Below, piece by piece: positions 36,785-44,889 of a DNA stretch of 64,000 bases. The notes beneath the pieces were generated by a model. The model was given only the letters and a program-made list of their open reading frames with translations. It did not search any database and was not told where the DNA came from. The translations under genes and the position numbers were made by a program. Source of the stretch: Quinella sp. 2Q5 (GTDB taxonomy: Bacteria > Bacillota > Negativicutes > Selenomonadales > Selenomonadaceae); assembly GCA_015206785.1 (NCBI GenBank), contig JADEZQ010000011.1, positions 543 through 64,542 of the forward strand, in the 5' to 3' direction. The stretch's first letter is position 1, and each line of letters starts with the position of its first letter.

Positions 36785-37498
36785 TTGATGAAAAATTTTC
36801 CCAAACGATTCGCGACGTGGCTGGTCGTGCTGACGGTGGCGTTCGGAATTTCTGCCGAGCCGCGTGCCGAAGCCTTGAGCCTGAGCGATTGGGCGAACAT
36901 CTTCGGCGTGGGCGGCCGCGATATCGAAAAGTCCAAGCAGCGCATGATGAAGAACTTCAACTACTCGACGGCTCTGCTTGCCGCCGCATACGAAAACGTT
37001 CGCATTGCCACCGACGACACCATCGCCAACAAAGAACTCATCACGCAGGAACAGGCGACGCGCGCCGCGTTGAGAACTTCCGACGGCGGCACGAAGCTCA
37101 AGAACGGTGCCGAACAAAATCGCCGCGACGCCGAGAACATCCGCCGATATCTTTCCGCGGCAATGACCGAGGGCGACGAGGAGAAGCTCAAACGAATCGA
37201 CGCCTTCATCGAGACCGCAAACAGCCAGCGCAATCTTTCGGACTTCATGGCGGGCATCGCCTACGCGCAGATCGGGTTGATAACCGTCAACAAGTTCACC
37301 AACGTTTTTTCGGGCAACTTCAGCGACCTCGACGACCTCATCGCCACCACGCAGGAAGTCGACGGCATGTTGAAGGTTCGCGGAGAACTCAGTGACCTGC
37401 TCAAGACTGCGACGGCGGAATATCGTCTCAACCGCGGCATCAAAGATCCCAGCCGTGAGGAACAGCAACGTACCGCCGACCAAATCGAAAAGGGCTGA
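36785..37498 (+). CDS. Secreted helical hypothetical protein D (237 aa)
   Basis: GGAGG RBS and a signal peptide (FATWLVVLTVAFGISAEPRAEA). The rest is predicted all-helical and charged. Confidence 0.5.
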   Translation: MMKNFPKRFATWLVVLTVAFGISAEPRAEALSLSDWANIFGVGGRDIEKSKQRMMKNFNYSTALLAAAYENVRIATDDTIANKELITQEQATRAALRTSDGGTKLKNGAEQNRRDAENIRRYLSAAMTEGDEEKLKRIDAFIETANSQRNLSDFMAGIAYAQIGLITVNKFTNVFSGNFSDLDDLIATTQEVDGMLKVRGELSDLLKTATAEYRLNRGIKDPSREEQQRTADQIEKG

Positions 37499-37506
37499 CC
37501 GCAATC

Positions 37507-37547
37507 AAAAAGCGCATCTCCGAATTGGGGACGCGCTAATTTTTTTG
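37507..37547. terminator. Bidirectional intrinsic terminator
   Basis: GCGCATCTCC-GAATT-GGGGACGCGC hairpin flanked by AAAAA upstream and TAATTTTTTT downstream. It ends both the four-gene operon (+) and the methylmalonyl-CoA operon (-). Confidence 0.7.
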
Positions 37548-37558
37548 CGGATGATATA

Positions 37559-37951
37559 TCAGCCGAGGATGACCATCGATTCGTGAGCCTTGACGGACTG
37601 CCCCGCCGCGACGTTGAATTTCTTGACGGTGCCGTCGGCGTCGGCGGTGATCTCGTTCTGCATCTTCATAGCTTCGAGAATCAGCAGGACATCGCCCGCT
37701 TTGACAGCCTGACCTTCAGCCGCGACGAGCTTAACGACTTTGCCGGGCATGGGCGCATCGATTGAGTGTTCGCCCGCGCCGGCCGCAACTTTGGGAGCAG
37801 CAGCCGGAGCCGCCTTCGGTGCGGGGGCAGGAGCAGCTTTCGGTGCGGGAGCGGGAGCCGCCTTCGGTGCCGAGCCGGCAGCTTTGACTTCCTCGACTTC
37901 AACTTCGTAGGTCGTGCCGTTCACGGTGACGTTAAATTTTTTAGTTGCCAT
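37559..37951 (-). CDS. Biotin carboxyl carrier subunit (methylmalonyl-CoA decarboxylase gamma / transcarboxylase 1.3S type)
   Basis: C-terminal biotinyl domain with EAMKMQNEI and an Ala-Pro-Lys-rich linker. Confidence 0.85.
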   Translation of the reverse strand: MATKKFNVTVNGTTYEVEVEEVKAAGSAPKAAPAPAPKAAPAPAPKAAPAAAPKVAAGAGEHSIDAPMPGKVVKLVAAEGQAVKAGDVLLILEAMKMQNEITADADGTVKKFNVAAGQSVKAHESMVILG

Positions 37952-37972
37952 TGAATGAATACCTCCGATATA

Positions 37973-38110
37973 TCAGCGATTGATTTTGGACGCGAGAGCC
38001 CAGTTGTCGTTGCGTTTGACGGTGACGGCGACGATCTTTGCCGCGCCGCCGCAGACGGACTGAATGGCAGCGGTTATTGCCGCGACGATTTCGGGTGTAA
38101 CTTTAGCCAC
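37973..38110 (-). CDS. Possible 45-aa small subunit of the carboxyltransferase complex
   Basis: Not in the ORF track. GTG follows TAAGGAGGAATCACC. Sequence is MAKVTPEIVAAITAAIQSVCGGAAKIVAVTVKRNDNWALASKINR. The position and the EIVAAITAAI motif resemble the small subunits of the biotin decarboxylase/transcarboxylase family. Confidence 0.5.
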   Translation of the reverse strand: MAKVTPEIVAAITAAIQSVCGGAAKIVAVTVKRNDNWALASKINR

Positions 38111-38122
38111 GGTGATTCCTCC

Positions 38123-39652
38123 TTAGAGCGGGATGTTGCCGTGCTTTTTGGCGGGACCGACTTCGCGTTTGCTTGCCAGAGCGTTGAGGGCGGTGATGAT
38201 GAGCGGACGAGTTTCCTTCGGCTCGATGACCATGTCGGCATAACCGCGCTCGGCGGCTTTGTAGGGAGTGGCAAACTCTTCGACGTATTCGGCGGTCTTC
38301 TGCTCCTTGTCGGGGTCTTTGCGGAAGATGATGTTCGCCGCGCCCGCCGGACCCATAACGGCGATTTCAGCGGACGGCCACGCCATAACCTGATCGGCAC
38401 CGAGTTCGCGGCAGCACATTGCGATATACGAACCGCCGTAAGCTTTGCGGGTGATGACGGTGACTTTCGGGACGGTCGCCTCGCTGTAGGCGTACAACAT
38501 CTTCGCGCCGTGGCGAATGATGCCGTTGTATTCTTGGTCGACGCCGGGCAGGAAGCCTGGCACGTCAACCAAATTCACGAGCGGCAGATTGAAGGCGTCG
38601 CAGAACCTGATGAACCGCGCGGATTTGTCGGAAGCGTCAACGTCCAAGCAACCCGCCATAACCGCCGGCTGATTGGCGATGATACCGACGGAGCGTCCGC
38701 CGAAGCGCGCGAAGCAGGTGATGATGTTCGTTGCGAAATGCTGATGAACTTCGTAGAACTCGCCGTCGTCGACAATCATGCGGATGACGTCTTTCATGTC
38801 GTAAGGCGCGTTGGGGTTGTCGGGGATAATCGTGTTCAGCTCTTCGTCCTGACGGTCGGGGTCGTCGTCGGTTTCAACGAGCGGCGCGTCTTCCAGATTA
38901 TTCGACGGCAGGAAGCTGAGCAGGTAACGAATCTGCTTGATGCAATCTTCCTCGTCTTCCGCCGCGAAATGAGCGACGCCGCTGCGAGTGTTATGCGTCA
39001 TTGCGCCGCCGAGCTCTTCAGCGGTGACTTCTTCGGCAGTGACGGATTTGATGACGGCAGGACCTGTGATGAACATCTGGCTGGTTTTCTTGACCATGTA
39101 GATGAAGTCGGTGATGGCGGGGGAATAAACTGCACCGCCCGCGCAGGGTCCCATGATGACGGAGATTTGCGGAATGACGCCACTGGCGGCGGTGTTGCGG
39201 AAGAAAATGCCCGCGTAGCCGCTGAGCGCGTCGACTGCCTCTTGAATGCGTGCGCCGCCGGAATCGTTAATGCCGATGAGCGGTGCGCCCATCTTCATTG
39301 CGAGATCCATGACCTTCCAAATTTTGTGCGCGTGCTTTTCGCCCAGGGAGCCGCCTTCGACGGTGAAATCCTGCGCGAAAGCATAGACCAGCCGCCCGTC
39401 GACGGTGCCGTAACCGGTGACGACGCCTTCGCCGGGAAGTTCCTTCTTGTCCTGACCGAAATTGGTGCAACGATGTTTAACGAACATGTCCAGCTCGGTG
39501 AAGGTGCCCTCGTCAAAGAACATGTTGATGCGTTCGCGGGCAGTCATCTTGCCCTTTTCGTGCTGCTTATCGATTCTTGCCTGTCCGCCGCCTTGAAGAA
39601 TCTTGTCCTTCTTGGCGTGCATCAAGGCGATTTTCTCTTGAACTGTAGCCAT
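38123..39652 (-). CDS. Methylmalonyl-CoA carboxyltransferase (decarboxylase alpha / 12S-type subunit)
   Basis: 509 aa with full-length similarity in motif pattern to acyl-CoA carboxyltransferase beta-type proteins (GGARIQE, MGPCAGGAVYSPA, ITRKAYGG). Confidence 0.9.
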   Translation of the reverse strand: MATVQEKIALMHAKKDKILQGGGQARIDKQHEKGKMTARERINMFFDEGTFTELDMFVKHRCTNFGQDKKELPGEGVVTGYGTVDGRLVYAFAQDFTVEGGSLGEKHAHKIWKVMDLAMKMGAPLIGINDSGGARIQEAVDALSGYAGIFFRNTAASGVIPQISVIMGPCAGGAVYSPAITDFIYMVKKTSQMFITGPAVIKSVTAEEVTAEELGGAMTHNTRSGVAHFAAEDEEDCIKQIRYLLSFLPSNNLEDAPLVETDDDPDRQDEELNTIIPDNPNAPYDMKDVIRMIVDDGEFYEVHQHFATNIITCFARFGGRSVGIIANQPAVMAGCLDVDASDKSARFIRFCDAFNLPLVNLVDVPGFLPGVDQEYNGIIRHGAKMLYAYSEATVPKVTVITRKAYGGSYIAMCCRELGADQVMAWPSAEIAVMGPAGAANIIFRKDPDKEQKTAEYVEEFATPYKAAERGYADMVIEPKETRPLIITALNALASKREVGPAKKHGNIPL

Positions 39653-39682
39653 CTAATCGCTCCTTTGTATGGTCGGTCGTGC

Positions 39683-40099
39683 TCACTTAATCGGTTGGCA
39701 AAGTTCGAGCAAGACGCCGTGGGTTGCTTTCGGGTGAATGAAGGCGATCATCTTGTTGCCGGCACCCTTGCGCGGTTTCTCGTCGATGAGCTTGACGCCC
39801 TTTTCCTTGAGGTCAGCCAACGCCGCTTCCAAATCGTCCACGAGCAGGGCGATGTGCTGAATGCCGCCGCGCCCGCCGTTCTTCTCGATGAACTTGGCAA
39901 TCGGGCTGCTCTCTTCTGTGGCGACGAGGAGCTCAATCTCGCTGCCGTTGGGTGTGGGATAAAAGCCCGTGGTGACTTTCTGGTCGGCAACGGTTTCTTC
40001 GCCGACGGACGCCAAGCCGAGCGTCTCCCAGAACGCGCCGACTTCTTTGAGGTCTTTGACGGCAATGCCGATGTGATCTACGCCGAGAACTTTAAACAT
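39683..40099 (-). CDS. Methylmalonyl-CoA epimerase (VOC family)
   Basis: MFKVLGVDHIGIAVKDL, GGIQHIAL and HGVLLEL motifs. ATG 40099 follows GGGAGGG. Confidence 0.85.
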   Translation of the reverse strand: MFKVLGVDHIGIAVKDLKEVGAFWETLGLASVGEETVADQKVTTGFYPTPNGSEIELLVATEESSPIAKFIEKNGGRGGIQHIALLVDDLEAALADLKEKGVKLIDEKPRKGAGNKMIAFIHPKATHGVLLELCQPIK

Positions 40100-40125
40100 T
40101 GAAAACCCTCCCAAAATGTTGTCGC

Positions 40126-40728
40126 TCAAACTTCGCGGAAAACTTTTACGCGCACGCCCGTCGGCACTTTCTCAATCGGTTGCGGTTCTTCGAGCTTTTC
40201 ACCGAAGACCATCTGCGCGACGAGATCCCAGCTGTCTGGCAGGGCAAAGATTTGCTTGATGGGTTCGTCGATGAGCGGGTTGTAATGTTGCAGGTTGACG
40301 CCGAGCCCCATTTCCTCCAGTGCCGTCCAGATGGCGAACTGCAACATGCCGTTGGCTTGCATTGCCCACGTCGGCATATTGGCGGCGTATTCGGATATCT
40401 GCTCTTGCATGGCTTGAATCATGTTGCTGGACTCGAAGAACAGAATCGTGCCGTAAGCCTTCTCGAAGCCTTCGATTTTCTTTTCGAGAACGGCGAATCT
40501 GTCTGCGGGCAAAATTTTCTTGAGTTCGCCCTTGGTGATGTGCCAAACGTTTTCGTGGTGGTCGAGCATGGTCACGACGACGCGAGCCGATTGCATGTTG
40601 AACGGCGAAGGCGCGTCTTTGGTCATGCGTTCGACGGCGGCGATGATTTGCGACTGAAGCACGGGGATATTTCTGCCGAGCTTGTAGACGGAGCGGCGTG
40701 CCGTCACTGCCTCTTGAAATGTTTTCAT
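40126..40728 (-). CDS. Nitroreductase-family protein
   Basis: AVTARRSVYKL, APSPFNMQSARVVV and other nitroreductase motifs. Confidence 0.75.
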   Translation of the reverse strand: MKTFQEAVTARRSVYKLGRNIPVLQSQIIAAVERMTKDAPSPFNMQSARVVVTMLDHHENVWHITKGELKKILPADRFAVLEKKIEGFEKAYGTILFFESSNMIQAMQEQISEYAANMPTWAMQANGMLQFAIWTALEEMGLGVNLQHYNPLIDEPIKQIFALPDSWDLVAQMVFGEKLEEPQPIEKVPTGVRVKVFREV

Positions 40729-42230
40729 TTGCGCATGTCTCCTGTCTCAATGAAGCGCGTATGGAAGCTCAACGCCTCGTTCAGAAGGTGCGGAGTGGCA
40801 GCCTTCTTCGTGGCGGCAAGAGCGCGTTCATAATAATCCAAAAGCAACGGGCGATAGTCGGGGTGAGCGCATTTGTTGATGACTTCCAAAGCACGGCGAC
40901 GAGGTTCAAGCCCGCGCAGGTCGGCGATGCCGTATTCGCTGATGATGACGTCGACGTCGTGTTCGGTGTGGTCGATATGCGAGCACATGGGAACGACGGA
41001 ACTGATCTTGCCGCCCTTGGCTGTGGAGGGCGTGTAGAAAATCGTCAGGTAAGCGTTGCGCGCGAAGTCTCCGCTGCCGCCGATGCCGTTCATCATTTTG
41101 GTGCCGGTGACGTGTGTGGAATTGATGTTGCCGTAGATGTCGACTTCAAGGGCGGTGTTCATTGCGATGACGCCGAGGCGATGGACGACTTCGGGCGAGT
41201 TGGAAATTTCTTCGGGGCGAAGCAGGATATACTTGCGGTACTTGTCGATGCCCGCGTAGAAACGATCCATGCCTGCGGGCGACGGGCTGAACGCCGTGCC
41301 GCTTGCGAACTTGAGCTTGCCCGCGTCGATGAGGTCGAGCATTGCGTCCTGAATGACTTCGGTGTAAACGATGAGGTCACTCATATCGCCTTCGACGAAA
41401 CCTTCGAGCACCGCGTTAGCGACATTGCCAACGCCCGATTGCAGAGGCAACAGTCCCTTGGGCATGCGACCGGCTTTGATTTCCGCCTGAAGGAATTCGA
41501 GCGTGAACTGCGCCATTTTCTTGGAGTTCTCGTCAATGGGCGAGAGGTCTCGCGTGTGGTCTTTGATGTCGCAGGGGACGATGAACTTGATCTTGTCGGG
41601 CGTGCAGGGGATGTACGTCGTGCCGATGCGGTCGTCGGCGTGGACGATGGGAATTGGCAGACGGTTGGGCGGGTCAAGCGGGACGTAAACGTCGTGCATG
41701 CCTTCGAGTTCCAAAGGCTGAGTGGTGTTGACTTCGACGACGACGGTATCAGCGTTCTGCACGTAGCTTGCCGCGTTGCCCAATGAAGTCGTCGGAATGA
41801 GATTGCCCTCTTCGGTGATGGCGCACGCCTCAACCAGCGCGAAGTTCAGCGTCTTCTTGATGAAGCCCGTGCGCGCGAGCTGAGCCGATTCGCTCAGGTG
41901 CAGGTCGAGGTAGTTGACGGTGCCGTCGTTGATTTCGGGGCGAAGCTTGCTGTCGGTCTGATACGGCAGACGCTGTTTGATGCCGCGGACTTCGGCAAGT
42001 GCGCCGTCAAGTTCGGGTCCGGTTGATGCGCCCGTCCAAATGTTTACCTGGAACGGATCTTTCTTCATGCGTTCTGCCAAAGCGAGCGGCACTGCCTTCG
42101 GGTATGCCGACGCCGTGAACCCGCTGCAAGCAATCGTCCAGTCAGGCTCAATCCAATTGGCAACTTCCTCCGCGCTGACGATTTTGCCGAGCAAATCTTT
42201 GTTGCGCACTCTGTCGGTGATATCGATCAT
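40725..42230 (-). CDS. Succinate/propionyl-CoA CoA-transferase (acetyl-CoA hydrolase/transferase family)
   Basis: About 500 aa with family motifs (CSGFTASAYPKAVP, GGSGDF). ATG 42230 follows AAAGGAGG. Confidence 0.85.
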   Translation of the reverse strand: MIDITDRVRNKDLLGKIVSAEEVANWIEPDWTIACSGFTASAYPKAVPLALAERMKKDPFQVNIWTGASTGPELDGALAEVRGIKQRLPYQTDSKLRPEINDGTVNYLDLHLSESAQLARTGFIKKTLNFALVEACAITEEGNLIPTTSLGNAASYVQNADTVVVEVNTTQPLELEGMHDVYVPLDPPNRLPIPIVHADDRIGTTYIPCTPDKIKFIVPCDIKDHTRDLSPIDENSKKMAQFTLEFLQAEIKAGRMPKGLLPLQSGVGNVANAVLEGFVEGDMSDLIVYTEVIQDAMLDLIDAGKLKFASGTAFSPSPAGMDRFYAGIDKYRKYILLRPEEISNSPEVVHRLGVIAMNTALEVDIYGNINSTHVTGTKMMNGIGGSGDFARNAYLTIFYTPSTAKGGKISSVVPMCSHIDHTEHDVDVIISEYGIADLRGLEPRRRALEVINKCAHPDYRPLLLDYYERALAATKKAATPHLLNEALSFHTRFIETGDMRK

Positions 42231-42286
42231 TGAAATCCTCCTTTGCATAATCGGCGGTTATTGTTGAGCGTAAATCGATTTATTCA

Positions 42287-42315
42287 ATCTTAACACGCAG
42301 TCATTGCAAAATCAA
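42287..42315 (-). promoter_or_regulatory. Sigma-70-type promoter for the propionate operon
   Basis: Minus strand reads TTGATT, 17 nt, TAAGAT. Confidence 0.4.
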
Positions 42316-42355
42316 CCGCCGCCAAAAAAAATCCCGCCGCCGTCGACGGGTGATG

Positions 42356-43009
42356 TCAGCCGCGGCAAATGCGGTCAAGGGCGTCAATCTCTGCGGCGAG
42401 CGCGGAAAATTTTTCTGACGAACGGGCGCAGGAGCTTCGGCTCATTTCGTCGCGGACACGCTCAAGTTTTTTCAGCCGCCGCAAAAAAAATTCCCGCCGC
42501 AACGGAGATGACTCCCGCTTGAAAATTTTTGGCGCAGTCGGAACTTTGACGGCACTGATGATTTCGTAGATGATGCCCGCGGCTTCGGCAATGTCTTCGT
42601 CGTCAATCGCCCAGCCCATAGTCCGAAGATGGTCGCGCGTTTCATTGACGGCGTTCATCGGCTGAAGGATCAGTTGCCGCGCAGATTGCAAGACGTCCGG
42701 CGCGGCGTCGAGTATCCGACAGATGAGCGCGCCGCCCATGCCCGCAATGCAAATCGTGTCGACTTCGCCCGCCTTCAAGACCTGCAAGCCGTCGCCGAGC
42801 CTAACGTCAATCGCGCCGTCCAAACCCGCCGCCGAAATATTTGAGCGCAACGCGTCGAATGGTCCGCGATTTTTTTCCGTGGCGATGACTTTGGTCGCGC
42901 GTCCGCCGTCAATCAGCGCAATGGACAGTTGCCCGTGGTCGGCACCGATATCGGCGACGCGTTCGAACATCACAAAGCTCATCACCGATTGAATCCGCCC
43001 GTCAAGCAT
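42356..43009 (-). CDS. trmK: tRNA (adenine22-N1)-methyltransferase
   Basis: VADIGADHGQLSIAL and ICIAGMGG motifs. The start MLDGRIQ overlaps the scfB stop by 8 nt. A T8 run downstream at about 42325-42352 probably terminates the operon. Confidence 0.8.
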   Translation of the reverse strand: MLDGRIQSVMSFVMFERVADIGADHGQLSIALIDGGRATKVIATEKNRGPFDALRSNISAAGLDGAIDVRLGDGLQVLKAGEVDTICIAGMGGALICRILDAAPDVLQSARQLILQPMNAVNETRDHLRTMGWAIDDEDIAEAAGIIYEIISAVKVPTAPKIFKRESSPLRREFFLRRLKKLERVRDEMSRSSCARSSEKFSALAAEIDALDRICRG

Positions 43010-44390
43010 CGGTCTCGTCCGCCAGCTTCGCTTGAACGTAGATGGCGCATTCCAACCGCTTGCGCTGAATCTCACAGCCGAGGTCGTACGGCTCGCGAAT
43101 GTCGGCGTTGAACAGGTCAGCGTTTGCATGACAGCCGCCACTGCAAAAAAATTTCGCCCAACAGTCGCGACACTTCGGCTTGTTGAGGACGTGAGACTCG
43201 CGAAAATATTTCAGCCAATGCCGCGCACCTTCGTCCACGCCGTCAAAAATATTTCCCAGCCGATATCGTTCGCGCCCAACGAATTGATGGCACGGGTAGA
43301 GGTCGCCGTTCTCAGCCACAGCAAAATATTCATGACCGGCACCGCAGCCGCTCAACCTTTTGGCAACGCACGGGCCGTTGTTCAGGTCGACGTTGAAGTG
43401 GAAGAAGTTGAAGCCGCGTCCTTCGCGTCGACGAGCCAGATACGCGTCGGTCAGGCGGTCGTATTCGGCGCGGATAGTCGGCAGGTCGTCGTATGTCAGA
43501 GCAAGCGGCGAATTCTTCAGCACGACGGGTTCGGTCGAGAGGATATCGAAGCCGGCATCGTGTGCGCTAAGGACGTCGGCGGTGAAGTCGAGATTGCGCC
43601 GCGTGTACGTGCCGCGCAGATAATAATTTTCCCCGCCGCGGGATTCGACAGTGCGCCGAAAATTTTTCACCACGCGATCATACGAGCCGCGCCCGCTGAT
43701 GTCGGGTCTCATGGCGTCGTGAATTTCCTTGCGCCCGTCCAAACTCAGCACCAGCGAAATATTGTTGGCGTTTAGCCAGGCAGTCGCCTTCTCGTCGAGG
43801 AGCAGACCGTTTGTCGTGAGCGTGAGCTTGAAAATTTTTCCCGTGTCAGCTTCGCGGCGACGGACGTACTCGGTGACGGCTTTGACGGTGCGGAAGTTGA
43901 CGAGCGGTTCGCCGCCGAAGAAATCAATCTCGCAATGACGACGCAGCCCCGAATTCTTGATGATGAAGTCAACCGCCGCGCAGCCCACGTCCGCCGACAT
44001 AACCGCGCGATGACCGTAGGTGCCGCCGTCGCCGAAGCAGTACTTGCAACGGAGATTGCAGTCTTGCGCAACCATCAGGCACAGGCTCTTGACGACGCCG
44101 CGGCTCGCGAAAGTCGGCGGCACGTCGATATCGGGCGCAAACAGTTCGCCCGCGTCGATGAGCTGATGAAGTTCGTCGAGCACCTCGGAAATTTCTGCGG
44201 CGGGATATTTCCCCGACAGCCTGCCGATGACGTGAGCGTCGTTCGTCCCGTCGAAGTCGTCGAGCACCTCGAATGTCAGCGCGTCAATCATATGCACCGC
44301 GCCGCTGTTGACGTCGAGCAGAATGAAATCGTCGCCCTGTTGGAATTTGTGTATGCCGTTAAAAATTTTAAGTCCTCCTCTAGTTCGCAT
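43002..44390 (-). CDS. scfB: SCIFF-type radical SAM/SPASM thioether-forming peptide maturase
   Basis: IHKFQQGDDFILLDVNSGAVHMID N-terminus, radical SAM cluster CNLRCKYC, GPCVAKRLSGCGAGHEYFAV and SPASM cysteines CRDCWAKFFCSGGC. These match the pattern I recall for CteB-like SCIFF maturases. The start is uncertain: ATG 44390 overlaps the HD gene, and a strong GAGGAGG lies just downstream of it. Confidence 0.8.
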   Translation of the reverse strand: MRTRGGLKIFNGIHKFQQGDDFILLDVNSGAVHMIDALTFEVLDDFDGTNDAHVIGRLSGKYPAAEISEVLDELHQLIDAGELFAPDIDVPPTFASRGVVKSLCLMVAQDCNLRCKYCFGDGGTYGHRAVMSADVGCAAVDFIIKNSGLRRHCEIDFFGGEPLVNFRTVKAVTEYVRRREADTGKIFKLTLTTNGLLLDEKATAWLNANNISLVLSLDGRKEIHDAMRPDISGRGSYDRVVKNFRRTVESRGGENYYLRGTYTRRNLDFTADVLSAHDAGFDILSTEPVVLKNSPLALTYDDLPTIRAEYDRLTDAYLARRREGRGFNFFHFNVDLNNGPCVAKRLSGCGAGHEYFAVAENGDLYPCHQFVGRERYRLGNIFDGVDEGARHWLKYFRESHVLNKPKCRDCWAKFFCSGGCHANADLFNADIREPYDLGCEIQRKRLECAIYVQAKLADETDA

Positions 44391-44889
44391 TGTCCGCCAG
44401 CCGCAACAGCTTGAGCTCAATCTGGTCGTCGGGCTTCGGCGGCGAATGGTGGCGGGCAATGATCTTTGCTTCTTTGAAGAGCCCAATCTGCTGAAGTTTT
44501 CGTGCGCCAATCTCGGCGTGATGATGATAGACGTAGAGCGCGCGGTTGCCGTTGATTTCCAGACGCTCGGCGAATTTCGGAGCGAACGTCGTCACCAGCA
44601 CAGCGAAGACTTTCCCCGCAATCGACAAGTCGCCGGCGCGTCTGCCGACGTCGTGCAAGAGCGCACAACGAATCAGAAATTCTCGGTCGACGCCGCGCTT
44701 GTCCTCGATGATGAGCCGTTCGACAGTGTAGGCGGTGTGCAAGCTGTGAACTTGGTCGGGCACGCTCATTGCGAAAAAAATTTTCTGCTCGTCGGCGGAC
44801 AGGTGGGCGGAGATGTACTTGCCGTCGTCGACGGTCACGCGAGCCGTAAGCGCACGCACGAACTGAATGATTCTTCCGACGAAGCTCAT
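44380..44889 (-). CDS. HD-domain phosphohydrolase (169 aa)
   Basis: LLHDVGR and HHAEIG motifs. Its ATG overlaps the hisZ stop (ATGA). Confidence 0.7.
   Translation of the reverse strand: MSFVGRIIQFVRALTARVTVDDGKYISAHLSADEQKIFFAMSVPDQVHSLHTAYTVERLIIEDKRGVDREFLIRCALLHDVGRRAGDLSIAGKVFAVLVTTFAPKFAERLEINGNRALYVYHHHAEIGARKLQQIGLFKEAKIIARHHSPPKPDDQIELKLLRLADNAN

Noticed and set aside
37955-40102. Very long ORFs antisense to well-supported genes: 37955-40102(+), 49509-51731(+), 36026-37504(-), 18245-19618(-), 14806-16179(-), 7052-8083(+), 23911-24840(-) and 60-kb region 59760-60779(+).
   Set aside because: They are shadow ORFs typical of GC-rich DNA. Their translations are low-complexity and rich in Arg, Ala, Gly, Val and Asp, with no motifs. 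The opposite strand encodes proteins with clear family signatures.
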